Below are positions 1 through 14,397 of a stretch of DNA of 64,000 bases, piece by piece (the first letter of the stretch is position 1; each line of letters starts with the position of its first letter). Both the position numbers and the translations under genes were made by a program. The stretch comes from Octopus vulgaris (lineage: Eukaryota), in the NCBI GenBank assembly GCA_951406725.2, contig OX597814.1, positions 211,296,001-211,360,000 on the forward strand. Reading direction: 5' to 3'. The notes under the pieces were generated by a model that was given only the letters and a program-made list of their open reading frames with translations, did no database searches and had not been told where the DNA came from.

Positions 1-30
1 CCCCACATTTTTTTGACCATTCCGAAATAT

Positions 31-91
<61 letters not shown>

Positions 92-117
92 TATATGGAA
101 AAGAAATTTAAGACACG

Positions 118-170
118 ACAAGCATATCAGTTCATTTAAATTAGTTTAATGCTGAAGCGGAGTAATAAGC

Positions 171-238
<68 letters not shown>

Positions 239-345
239 TAATAATAATAATAAATAATATCAACAAGAATAATAAAAATAAAGATGATAAAAACATCTCA
301 CTTTGCTTCAGCATTAAACGAATTTAAATGAACTGATAAGCTTGT
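118..345. repeat. 46-bp inverted repeat pair (118-163 / 300-345) enclosing an (AAT)n microsatellite
   Basis: ACAAGCATATCAGTTCATTTAAATTAGTTTAATGCTGAAGCGGAGT matches the reverse complement of 300-345 with 4 mismatches. (AAT)n occupies ~164-260. Confidence 0.9.
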
Positions 346-1657
346 ACTGATTTGATTTTGCTTTCCTCTTAGTTAAATTATACATACAGGCTCGAAGGTA
401 GGCTCCCTACTTCACTGTGACGAACACAACTCCAGCCCCCGTTATGAATTTGAATCCTAGTAGCTAATCAGCGGGAGCGCTCACACTGCAGACTTATTAG
501 TTTAGGTTAACAGTGACCTCAACTATTCTTTTTCTGTGTATGTGTATGTGTGTGTGTGTGTTTGTGTGCATGTGTGCATCATCTTAATGTATATACGTTA
601 TTGATTATCTCAATTACCGCATTATTTGTTTAGAGATAACATCTCTCATGGAATTGTAGTGTGAAAAGCACAATAATTGTCAGAAAGAGAGAGAGAGAGA
701 AAGAGAGGGAGAGTGAAAGACAGAGAGAGCGCGGCGAGTAAAGAAAGAGAGAGAGAGACGAACATGTGTTCAAGGACCAGCTAGTGACTGCGCCAGATGT
801 ATTTTGTCATTTTGGGATCTTTTCAATCGGACGTAGTCGTGCGCAAGGGGGTCGCAAATCTGTATTCATTAGACTTCATTCTTATTGCCTAATTTCTAAT
901 TTTGTACAGAGAGTAGGACTAATTGATATGGAGCCGAATCATTATATCGACGTACTGAGGCAAGTATAATGTAGTCAAATTTCGTATAAATATGCAGCCC
1001 AAAATAATCACCCTCTCAATTCCTATCACCGGACTCAGCTATCCTACAAAATGTAATAGGTGTTGATTTTCCTCTTGAGAATAAGCCATGTTTCAGAAAA
1101 AGATGGCTTACGTTATTCATGTTTCACTTTCCAAATTTCGTCTCAGCACAGTTTTCTTGGATGTCTCACCAACAATCACATACAGCAAAACTCTTATCGG
1201 ATGTCAAATACGCGGAATCAATATTTGTAAGACAAAATGTCTCGTGGTATTGAGCGACGACGGTAGGCTGCGAATTTAAATCCCAACGAGTTAAACATTA
1301 TCTTCTACTCTTCTGGCCATTCATGAAGTAGTAGACGTCTATGAACTGGATCGATATCATTGAGCAACTCAAAAATATATTATATTGTGTCTCGGTTCTA
1401 GGAATACTTGATATTTCATAGTTTTTTCTTCACATGCCTTATGAAATTCTATACAAAATTGGGGAGATGTACTTGCATAGCAAATGACCCGATCTGAGAT
1501 CGTGTGGGGAAACCTATGTGTAGATGTATGTGTATTTTAGCGTGCGTGTGTATGCATGCGTTGTGGCAGTGTATGTGTGTGTATGCGTGTGTATGAGTGT
1601 GTGCATACATGCACGTATACGTATATGTGTAGATATATCTACAAATTATATATATAA

Positions 1658-1688
<31 letters not shown>

Positions 1689-1804
1689 CATATATATGTG
1701 TGTATATATATATATATATGTATGTAGATGTATATGTCTATGTATAATAAAACAGAAAAAACATTTGAATTTTAACCATTGTTTGCGAAAATAGTGTCTT
1801 ATAT

Positions 1805-2139
1805 GGTGGTGACCCCCTTCGGTCAGACACTGACCATGGGTTTGCACCTAGAGAGTTACCCTCTAAGGCACAAGTCTAGGCAAGGTTGTTTTATGGAAGA
1901 CCAGCAGTCGCCCATGCATACCGGCCTCCCCTCTCTACGTCACCGATGTTGTCCAAGGGAAAGGCAAGGGCCGATACAGCTTGGCACCTGTGATGTCGCA
2001 ACTCATTTCTACAGTTGAGTGAACTGGAGCAACGTGAAATAAAGTGTCTTGCTCAAGAACACAACTCGCAGCCCGGTCCGGGATTCGAGCTCACAACCTC
2101 ACGATCGTAAGCTCGACGCTCTAACCACTGAGCCACATG
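1805..2139 (-). mobile_element. tRNA-derived SINE, family C (CORE-like central domain)
   Basis: The minus strand begins TGGCTCAGTGGTTAGAGCG (A box) ... GAGCTCGAATCCC (B box), followed by TTGTGTTCTTGAGCAAGACACTT (CORE-like) and a 3' tail GGTGCAAACCCATGGTCAGTGTCTGACCGAAG. Confidence 0.85.
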
Positions 2140-2927
2140 TGTGTGTGTGTGTGTGAGTGTGTATCTAGATGGTTAAACGTATATATGTAATGTGTATACT
2201 TTAAGTTTGAGTGTTTATTCGTGTGTACATGATTTTGCGTGCTTCTACATATATATATGTACGTATATATTTGCATGTACGTATCTAAAACATTGTATCC
2301 ATTCAACGTTATACGGTGGTGAGACACACACACACATTTCTATACATGCAACCCTCGACAATGTAACAGTCATATATAGAGCTTGAACAGACACACATAG
2401 CATACATAAACATACGTTCACATGTACATACACACATACAAAAACACGCAGACACGTCTATACACCTACGTAAATAGTCACATGCAGACATGAGTACATG
2501 CGTACATACATGTATATATGCGTATAGGCATGCAAGCATGTATACGCATGTACATCTATGCATACGCACATACTTACATGCACACATACATACTTACATG
2601 CACGCATACATACATACGTACATATATACATACATCCATATTTACTAACTGTTACTTTCTCAGATGTCGCACGTAATTTTGTCAGTAAAAAAAAATAGTT
2701 GCGGTCTCAAAGCGACGAAAATATTTTGACAGATTAAATTTAACTTTTGAAGTGAATCTAACGGCTTGTGTGTGTTTATAATTGCTTATAAATATCTTCC
2801 ACGCTGCAATGTATACAAAATTGAAGAGTTGAAAACGAGAGGTATTTCTCTATATTCAACCATTTTTTCCTTTACTCTCTTTTTAGGAGATGCGTTGATT
2901 CCTTTTAAATATGTTATATCCGTACAA

Positions 2928-3112
2928 TGTTGGATTGTTTTGACGCCCACTTCCTTATATAGTATACTTAGTAAAACCAGTAAAGACACGACTATCTCTG
3001 ACCACCTACTAAGTAATCTCGTGCTTCACGTACTTCTTTTTACTTACAGTGACTAGGTTAGTCCATTCATCACGTGGAAGGAGTGTACTATTATTACTAT
3101 CTTCTCACAATA
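2928..3112 (-). repeat. 3' LTR of the Gypsy element
   Basis: Direct repeat of 5148-5310, starts TGTTGG, adjacent to the PPT. Confidence 0.85.
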
Positions 3113-3209
3113 TTTCCCCTTTCTACTTAGTAGGAAGTGTCATTTTATATAAACATTTTTTTATTGACTCCCACCACACATGTTTTGTGGTTTTCCGTAC
3201 TATGTAATA

Positions 3210-3600
3210 TTATTTTCGCTTGGCATCTGTTTTCAGGAAATCGATATGTTTTCTTTTTCTCTCACTTGTGCGGTTGTGCTCGATCGCCTCCAGTGGCATG
3301 GGTATTTGGATCGTATCGTACAGCCTTTGCATTGATCCCCCCATCTTCTTTGGTTCGCTAGACACAAATTGCTTTCTAATGTCAGACACTATCCTGTCTG
3401 GGATGCCAAATTTTTCAAACAATGCGTGTAAAGAATTTATCACAGTTGAGAGAAGGTTGTTTTTTTTTACACACACAAATTTGAGGCCATGGCGTGAAAC
3501 TATCAACTACCATTAAGTATAAGAACCATTTAAAGGGTCAGCGAAATGGATCTGTATTCTTGACCACGGAACTTCTACTTTTGAATAAAGTTCAGTTTTT
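3210..3600 (-). pseudogene. Gypsy integrase core fragment (frameshifted)
   Basis: PWSRIQIHFADPLNGSY/YLMVVDSFTPWPQI (~3570-3480) and LFEKFGIPDRIVSD..KQFVS match the rve core. Confidence 0.85.
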
Positions 3601-3759
3601 ATCGAGGGCAATTTTCCATTTGGTTTTGGTTTCCACTCTGTTTTATTGCATTTTTTTTTTGTTTCAGTCCCTCAGCCGCATTCGATCATTCGACTGAACC
3701 AACTATATTTCCACAAAATCACTTATGGGCGTATTCCACAATTTGAATACATCCATTCA

Positions 3760-5022
3760 GTCTGTGCCAAATAGATTAAATAAATCTTTTAATACATATA
3801 TTTCTGTCTTTTTCGTTTGACCTCGAAATGTTACGTTACATACAAATTCACCGAAAAAATATAATCACTTTCCCGCAACATCATGTGCTACCTTTTTCGA
3901 TTTAATTAATTTCGGCTTCCCGACATATTTGCAAGTGTTTCCGCTTATAATGGTGATATCACTACCAGCGTTCCACTTGTATTTCTCATTTTCACCTTCA
4001 CGAATTTCTTTATCGTTATAAGACCAATTTCTTCCGATGACATGCAATCTATTCGTTTTCCTTCGTTCTTACACTTTATAATATTCGTTCTACAGTGTGT
4101 CTTTATATGTCCGATATAACTACAACGAAAGCACTCCGCTTTTTTAAATGGACAATTTTTCTTCATGTGTATACCTCTACATGCAAAACATGAGTTTATT
4201 TTCTGATTTTCTTCGTGTTCTTTTAGAAAACATTTTATCTCTATTCTGACTATTTTGCACTTGCGTTACCTGGAATTAACCTTTACATTCAATTTCCTCC
4301 GTGTGATGTCTTAATTTAAATGTCCTTTCACATTCTTCTGACACTTTTTGTAGGGTTACACCCAGTTTCTTTTCCAGCATTTTGAGAATTCTTCTTCTAA
4401 CTTCCCCGTCCGTTTCAGTAGTAAGTCCCTGGGTAAACATCAAGCATTTGAACATATCTAGCGCTAATTCGCCCAGCTTAAACTTCTCGCATTCCCTGTT
4501 TACCCTATCATTATATATGATGTAGTCCTCATCGTTTATATTACTCTATGTTCACAAATTTCCAACGTATGTTGAACAATGAACTCTTTGCACTGAAAAT
4601 GTTACATAATATATCTATTGTGGCATTAAAATTTATGTTTAGAGGTTTTCTTAGGAATACATGATCACAATGTCGTTCTTGTTCTGTTGCTGCCACATTT
4701 CTTTTGTGCATTTTTATCTCGTCGTCCCAATGTTTGCCTTTTTTCTTGAAAATTTACTCATATCTTCTGTAGTATACTTCAAAGATAAAGAGCTTCATCA
4801 GGTTCGTATTCGAACTCTGTTATGGAGTTCGTGACATGTTGGTGAGATCACATTTTCTGACCTTCCTGACGACTTTAGAAATTGCAGCATTTGTTGCTTT
4901 TCTTCTTTCAGTTGTTGTTGTTGTTTCAGCTGTTGTTCTTGCAGTTGCAAAGCAGCTCCTATTATTGTTCTTCCAGTTGTTGTTGTTGCTGTTTTTGCAA
5001 CTTGAGCAAACACATTTTCCAT
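3760..5022 (-). pseudogene. Gypsy gag (Q-rich N-terminus, CCHC zinc knuckle) and aspartic protease remnant
   Basis: CPFKKAECFRCSYIGHIKTHC (3945-4166 ORF), protease-like AGSDITIIS (3865-4047 ORF), polyQ ORF 4798-5022. Multiple stops and frameshifts. Confidence 0.82.
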
Positions 5023-5147
5023 AATTTTACGATTTCGTATGAGTTTATTAACTCCTTTTCAAGTTTCTATTAACTCCAAGTGAACTGGTTTATCCTCGTC
5101 GGGTTTATTACTTCCTCGTAAGATTCTTAAATCCTTATCACTTAATA

Positions 5148-5310
5148 TGTTGGATTGTTATAACTTCCAATTCTGTATAAGTATATTTAGTAAAACCAGC
5201 AAAGACAGCTAGTACGTAATCTCGTGTTTCACGTACTTTTCTTTACTTATAGTGACTATGCTATTCCACTCATCACATAGGTGTACCATTATTAATAATT
5301 CCTTACAACA
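5148..5310 (-). repeat. 5' LTR of the Gypsy element
   Basis: TGTTGG...ACAACA termini (TG..CA); direct repeat of 2928-3112. Confidence 0.85.
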
Positions 5311-6602
5311 AAATATATGCTCAGCAATCGGTAATGTTTCTCAATGGAGTGTTAAATATGCCATTTTTACATTGAAATGTTATATTACATTCTTTATCAG
5401 AAATACTCTTATTTGTTTGTGTGCTTAAACCTTACGTAGATTTGCAGATATTTTTAATTGTGTTATTTTGATAATAACTGAATTTGTGGTTATGTATAAA
5501 AGAAGGCATGTCCAAATTTCTTTTATTTTGTATTCTGCTTGTTTTCTTGGAGACATATCCATTCTCTAACAACCATGCATTTATTTTTTTTCATGTAATA
5601 TTCCTTTTCGAAGTTTGTTACTCTTTGATGTAAAACTACGCCACAACGGAATTTCACAAGCGTATGGTCAACTAATGTAGTATAAATATGTGTACATAGG
5701 TACGCACATTTATAATGTCAGTTGCATTAGATTAATGTAACAGATTGTAATAAAAATACTTAATATGAATAATATATTAGTAATATTATTGTTATAACGT
5801 TTATTTTATTTTTATGGTTATTTTCGGTGATTAAAATATATCTAACATTCTAATGATAAATTGCATTTTATGATATATTAAACAATAATGACATAATTGT
5901 TTATTGATTCAGTAAATGTTTGTCTGTAACGGGTCGAGTTATGTATCTATGCCTACATACATACATAGATACATACATACACACACCTATATATGTATGT
6001 ACTTATATATATATATATATATAATGATAAACAACAGAGTCCATTTGCGGCTAAATTAGCCAAAAAACGAGTAAAGCTAACTATTACGGCCATCTGACAA
6101 ACCAGTGTAAAAAAGTAAAACAATGAGTGATGATTATATTATCTGGTTAACGAGAAGTTCATAAAATACAGTTTTGCTTCCGTTATTTAACTTGTAATTT
6201 CTGAAATATGATATATCAAACAGTTTTATCATTATTAGAAGTTATCTAAAAAAAATACATTTAATAGATACCCTTAAATCTACAATACAAAAATTCAATT
6301 AGATGCTTACATGAAACACACAGCTTGGAAATATGATACTCAAAGAAGAAAGATGAGGAATTTGTATACAATAATTGTAATAAGAACGAAGAGAATAAAA
6401 TCTGACCAGTGTGTGAGAAATATATTATCCCTAATTCATAAACGTGCTTTCATAACACTTTCTCAAATATAAAAACATGTATATGGTGACTTCTAAGTCG
6501 ATCAACCGATTGGTGTATATGGAAGAAAAAATCTTTGAGAAAAAGAAATATTTATGCGAATGATTAAATAAAAAAAAGATAGCATACTGATAGAATTCGA
6601 TA

Positions 6603-7720
6603 CGTGGTCTGATCAACAAATATCCGTGCTGTTGCCATAGTAACGAAGAAAAAGTACGGAGAGTAAAGCCGCTCTGCACAGATTTACCTTGAACACTGAT
6701 GTGCATGTGCATTAAGTCTTAACTTTGTAGCTCAATTCTGTTATGTGGAACAGGGCATGGAAGGAAGGTGTTTAGCGCGTGATCATCACATTGAACATGA
6801 CGGATAGCGTTGACCAGAGAATCTGCATCATATTTTGCCAAAGTTTGGCGATACCCGCTCAGAGGCCTATGCAAAGTCTTCAAACAGTTTCATCTTTACC
6901 AACACAATGAAGGAGATCATGTGTAACTGAAACCCGAGTGTCTTTTTGCTAAGCTGAACGCAATTTTGGAACAAACTTGGCAGACACGCGTGTCATACCC
7001 AAATTTCCAGTGATAATGGACTGAACTGAACGGTAACTAATCTTCGCATCCTCTGAAAACTCATGATGGTGATTCGACGTTTACCCCTCACAGCTGCACG
7101 CACGTCTGCGATATTGTTATCAGTTCTACTGGTTGTGTGTCAATATCAGCAATTTGTCTGCGATCTTAGAAACATCCAAAATACTCGTGCACCTGCCATG
7201 TGGCTCATAAACTCCCCTACACTTTCTTCGACTTTGCATTGGTCTCTGTGCAGATCTGGCCATGGCATCTTTCTCCGTCATGGTCAATGCGACGATCATA
7301 CGTTACACACCTCCACTAGAAGCACTGCTGTAAACAACGGAGATGAGCTAGTACGTCAAAATTTAGTGCGCATGCGGCGAGCTAGCAGAAACGTTAGCAC
7401 GCCGGGCAAAATGCTTAGCGGCATTTCGTCTGCCGCTACGTTTTGAGTTCAAATTCCGCCGAGGTCAACTTTGCCTTTCATCCTTTCGGGGTCGATAAAT
7501 CAAGTACCTGGTACGCACTGGGATTGATGTAATCGACTTAATCCGTCTGTCTGTCCCTGTTTGTCTCCGCTATGTTTAGCCCCTTGTGGGCAATAAAAAA
7601 AAAAGATTTAGTGCGCATGCGCAGCAGAGTTCAAGGTCAATCTTTGCCGAGCGGCTTTACTCTGCGTGCTTCAGCATCGTTACTATAGCAACAGTGCCGA
7701 TTCTTATTGATCACACTTCG
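6603..7720. mobile_element. Mariner-derived non-autonomous element with ~215-bp inverted arms, each being a mariner 5' end
   Basis: 6603-6815 is inverted-homologous to 7265-7720 once the SINE insert is removed. TA at 6601-6602. Transposase starts MTDSVDQRICIIFCQ (+, 6797) and MTEKDA (-, 7281). Minus-strand RRITI...ISYRSVQSIITGNLGMTRVSAKFVPKL at ~7100-6880 matches the mariner HTH/WVPHEL linker. Confidence 0.85.
7374..7605 (+). mobile_element. tRNA-derived SINE, family B (Nin/Deu-like central domain), with 16-bp target-site duplication
   Basis: GGCGAGCTAGCAGAAACGTTAGC...GAGTTCAAATTCC, central CTTTGCCTTTCATCCTTTCGGGGTCGATAAA, A-rich tail. TSD ATTTAGTGCGCATGCG at 7361-7376 and 7606-7621. Confidence 0.92.
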
Positions 7721-8149
7721 TTTAAACACAAATATAAACATATATTCGAGAATGCATACGCAAAGACATATACACATATTTGCTAATAAAAGTGCAATTT
7801 GTAATACGTGTGTATTATATATAAAAATAGAAAATCATGGTTTGTATAGTAACAAACACAAGGCGATGTTTAAACGAAAATGATTTGATATTGTTTTAAC
7901 AGACTAATAAAATGATATTGTGAGATAACGCAATGCATATCCTTTCACACTTACAATAACTCATAATATATCGATATATGTTTTCCACTGGTTATCTATC
8001 ATTCATATTTACTCTCGGTTAATCTTATTTTAATTTTTGCCAAGATTTTATTCTTTCAAACTTTTACAGTAGTCAGAATAACTTAATAGAGTTGCATTAA
8101 AAATATGTACGTGTGTATGTATGAATGTATGTATGTATTTATGTATGTG

Positions 8150-8229
<80 letters not shown>

Positions 8230-9260
8230 TTTGTATATACGAATATAAAAATAAATAGATTGATTTGTATGTGTACATATGTAGACAGATATGTCTACAT
8301 ATTAAAACTTGTCGTGTCAAAGTATTCATAACGTTTACTTAGCATTAAAGTGAACGATTCCTTAATACCTATTGACTTTCTCTTCTAAAACTGTTTAGAA
8401 TGATATCTAGATATCTAGACAGAGATGAATATACATATGAATGTATTCAAGCACGCTAGAATTTTTGAGGTGTTAGTTTTGCATAAGCGAGATCGACTGT
8501 TCGATCTTATTCGGTTACATCTTTAAATTTTACGATTGGCTCACAACAATTCAGACATTTTAAGCGAAAATGAGTTCGCGGAAACTAGGTGGAGTTTCAA
8601 TGTGTGGTCTTCAGTAATATTTGAAGATAGTTTGGAGGTAATACGTGAAGCTATGTCATAATATATGATACACATTTTCCTTGTAATATAAATCAGATTA
8701 TATCACTATGATATTTAGAAACTAGCACAAAAATAAATATTCCCAATGAAGTTTATCACATTTGGGTGTTAGTGAGTTTGCCTCTACTTACTTAGTCTAT
8801 GAATAGCCACATATTTGTGCAAGTGTGTGTATGTGTTTGTGTGTATGTGTGTGTGTGTGTGGAATTCCGTATATGTATGCAAATTTCTGAAGCCATAACG
8901 GATGTGAATTTTCAATTAAAATAGCATAAAACGTGAATAATATATAAAATTATTATTCACATGCCTGTTTAATTATGCAGACAATGATTTATTACACAGT
9001 TACCACAATACACCTCCTCCCAGTGGAATTTTTCTCTACATCATATGGAAAGTTTGATATAAAAATCGATAAATATTCATAAATTAAACTTGAATAATGT
9101 AACACCTTCATGTACTCATAGTATATATGTGAAAACACCGTATACTCATATATATGTGAAAAAAGTATGTAAGTGTGTTTGAGATGTTTTATATTTTATT
9201 CTGTAAATAGCTTCTGCATGACCTATTTGATATTTAGCTTTGACGAAATTTAGCTATGAA

Positions 9261-9646
9261 TCTCTCTCTATATAAACGGCAGTTTGTCTGTCTGCGTGTC
9301 TGTGTGTCTGTTAGGTTGTACCCTCACCCTGACCACGGCTTTCAACCGATTCTGATGAAATTTGACGCACACATAGCCCAATGTCATAATTCAAAACTAA
9401 CGCAGCGAAAATTTTGAAAAGTTCCCCCAGTTCTGAAAAGAATCGATAAATTCGACATGGGGTCGAGAATCAGAAACAACAAACCACAGATTGTCATGGG
9501 GACGCAACTCGACCTTTTTAACTCTCAAAAAAAATTTACCATAATTTTTTTTTCCATTTTTTTGCTATTTTTTGGCTATAACTCTCTAAAAATGCTTTAT
9601 AGTTATTTCCCTTACAAACCCGAGCAACGCCGGGCGATACTGCTAG
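9261..9646 (+). mobile_element. Non-autonomous Helitron
   Basis: 5' TC start after A (A|TCTCTCTCTATATAAA), (GTCT)-like repeats near the 5' end, 3' hairpin CCCGAGCAACGCCGGG (9619-9634), CTAG|T terminus, no TSD. Confidence 0.85.
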
Positions 9647-9651
9647 TTCTT

Positions 9652-9697
9652 TATAAATGCTCTGTAAATAGAGTATAAATGCTCTGTAAATAGAGTA
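9652..9697. repeat. 22-bp tandem duplication
   Basis: TATAAATGCTCTGTAAATAGAG x2 immediately after the Helitron end. Confidence 0.9.
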
Positions 9698-10634
9698 TTA
9701 AAAAAGAGTAGTGTTGAAATGTTTCCATGGAGACCTCAATAAAATGTAAGTTCAACAGATCTGATATAATGATTTAGGATTGAGAAGAGAAACTGTGCAC
9801 AGTTGTGGAAATTAGCTGCTAAATACTCCACTTACGGATTAGCTTTATTAATGGTGAAACCAGATCTACATTTGGGTAAATGCTCCTACTGCTATGGATA
9901 TATAATGATCTGTCTATATATTATTGTGTTGCTAAGTGAGCACGCGGATATATGTTATCAATCACAGTGTATATCTTTCTTCATGGTTGACTGCCCTCGT
10001 TTTCATATTTCACTTGTCAAGCCCAGCACACTTTAGAAAATACAAGCCCAAGGCATTTGGAATCTGAATCAATCCTGATTCTGCAAACTATTTTTATACA
10101 CATATCTTTAATACATTTCTCATTTATTTTATATTATTAAAAATTCTTCTCTTTCCGTTAAGAGAATTTTGTGGCTTACATTACTTAAGTGCGATCTTTC
10201 AATGCACGCATTTAAATTAATACTAAATGACATTCTTATTTCAGTTTCTCTACATTACTGTTCTTAATTCTTTCATAATATTATCGCATATAATTTACTT
10301 GACTTCTCTTTGTTTATATTCATTTAAATTTTCCTTTTTTTTTTTTTAGTTAAAGTGTTGTGAATCACATGCATTTTGCCCTACTTCTAGAAATATCTTG
10401 AAGTTTGCATTTTTGTTTTTATGTTATTTTGTTTTCTTTTATTGCATTTGTTACTTTTATTTCATGTTATGCTTCTTTGTATTCTCTTCACTTCCTTTTG
10501 CGCTATATAGTCGGATCTCTTCCATACTTAACTATTTGAAGTATCTTTAATTCATCTGATAATTTAATTTGAAATTATCGCTATAGAATTTAAAGGTCAT
10601 ATATCTGCGTGTGAGTGTGTGTGAGTGTGTGTGA

Positions 10635-10683
<49 letters not shown>

Positions 10684-12766
10684 TGTGTATTACTAGGCAT
10701 GTATATCTATGTACGTACTAAAGTGTGTATGAATGTATCATTAAGCAGCCAACTAGAGAGAAGTCTTTGTTCGTACACATATACAAACGATCAGCCGATG
10801 TAGACAAGTGAAACAAAATCAATTCTTCAACAGAGTAGCATCATTTAACTTAGGCAGATTTTATAATTGACAATAGTGCATGTTTCCCTTTTTTTCTTCT
10901 ATTTTATGTTCCTTTTTTTTACTGTTTTATAGATGTTATTTTCCCCTACCATTAATGAGTTAAAACTCAATTCAGAATTCTTCTGATTAAGGTGCACTGC
11001 TCTAATTAATGATCTACTTTATATAGCGATAGCAAATTATAGATTTTATGCTGAATGATAAAGATTCTAGAGAAGTAAAACTGAATCCAATTTCTAGATT
11101 TTCAATATTTACATATACTGAGGATAATTATTTTAAAATTATGGTAAATTGGTTATAATATCATTAATATTTGCCTAGGCACACAGTAAATTGTTTTACG
11201 TCTTCTGATGCTGGTAACCGATAAAAAAATTACGAACATTATGAAGTTTGTTAAAATTGTGCTGGTGTTATGCACAGGGAGGGCGGGCACGTAAATATCT
11301 TTATGTATAGACATCGATGGAAACGTTATATGATTAAATTATAAAACAACATTTATCAATTATGATCATTTGTTTGTGTTAATCATTGGATTATTGGACC
11401 TACATTGAAGAATTTACTTAATAATGTTATGAGTTGTATTACTATTCTTTTGCATTTGTTTTATATTATTTGGTTAGTTATATTTCTTTAACACAAGCAA
11501 TAATGGTGATGACGTAAATGAGCGAGTCTTCTTGAGAAGTATTCAACCCACATTTGTTTACTCTCCATGTCATACATTAAGAAAAATTCTGTGATTTGAT
11601 GGGAAATTAGGCGATAGGGAATCGACGAATCGCTGATTGTCTCAAGTGAGGAGACAATATGAGCTTCAATTAATGCAGAAAACAAGGATTAGGATCAACT
11701 CAAATATATGAAAATTTACTGTAATATTGTGCAATTTAAGCTATAATACTTTCTAGGGTTTTTAATATTTTATTGTTCATTGTAATCAACAATATAACGC
11801 AAGTAGTGACATCATGCAACATTGAGTCTCTACCCCAGCTTCCTTTATCACTGGTAGTAGTTTTAGGTCCAGTACGCAGTTATTATTTAGTATTTTGCTA
11901 CCAAATACATATACAATTACTATGAGTATCATACGTTATAATTCTAAAAAATACTATAGTAAGCATTTTTTGGCTACATACGATATTCCTGTCCCCTTTC
12001 ATTGAATATTCAGTGATAAGCTATTACATTGACCTAAGTTATATCTCTGCAATTAACTGGCAGCATTAATACTTTTTTATAGGCATGAACATCCAAAAAT
12101 CTCTTTATTGCTTCTTGTAAATTACAGCTTAATTAAATGAACATTCTTATATGTTCGATGCAGTTCTATCTATTACATTCTGGGTATTTGCCTTAGCTCA
12201 TATATTTTTGGTGCAAAATGTAAAATCGAGACGTTATTTATATAATTTTATATCGTACGTTTTCAGCAAAAATGCCATTGGTTACACATTTCCAGTGGAA
12301 CGTTGTTAGGTTCACTATATTTACTAAGACTGCTGATAATGACAAGGTCACGATTCGAATTTCAGGAAAAAGAAAATCCAGAGGTTATATTTGTTTGAAA
12401 GCACAGGTTTATACATTTTTTTGCCGTTGTTTACATATTTCTTCGATAAGTATTAATATGATCATTACACATACACGCTTACACACATACATGCCCACAA
12501 GCGAGATTGTATACAAAAACACATGGACACATATACAAAACATTCCAAGAATGAAAATATTCTACATGCATAATCTTGATTGTATTTAGAGCTGGAGTTG
12601 AAGCAGGGCAAAAACCTTGTTGATTCTTAAGTTTCAAATGAAGATATCCCAAGTGAATAGTCGTGTAAGGGAGCATGGTGGAAAAGCAGACACACACACA
12701 CACACACGTATATATATATATACATGTATACACGTATATATATATATATATATATATATACGTTTA

Positions 12767-14280
<1,514 letters not shown>

Positions 14281-14339
14281 CTGGGCCAATAATGGCCGAA
14301 ATATCATATCAAAATACATACATACATAAATACACACAC

Positions 14340-14396
<57 letters not shown>

Positions 14397-14397
<1 letters not shown>

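Larger units (their letters stand above)
2928..5310 (-). mobile_element. Decayed, internally deleted Ty3/Gypsy LTR retrotransposon (LTR-gag-protease-integrase-PPT-LTR; RT/RNase H missing)
   Basis: Direct repeats at 2928-3112 and 5148-5310 (TGTTGGATTGTT...GTAAAACCAG.AAAGACA...TAATCTCGTG.TTCACGTACTT...ACAA.A). Polypurine tract AGAAAGGGGAAA on minus at 3113-3124. Internal gag, protease and integrase motifs. Confidence 0.88.

Noticed and set aside
11610-11658. Two adjacent small hairpins (GCGAT/ATCGC; ATTGTCTC/GAGACAAT) as an ncRNA
   Set aside because: Stems this short are expected by chance in 64 kb, and there is no family motif.
12617-12766. N-terminal 50 aa of the 475-aa ORF as part of a real protein
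   Set aside because: Flanking and microsatellite sequence happens to be in frame. RT homology starts at ~12767.
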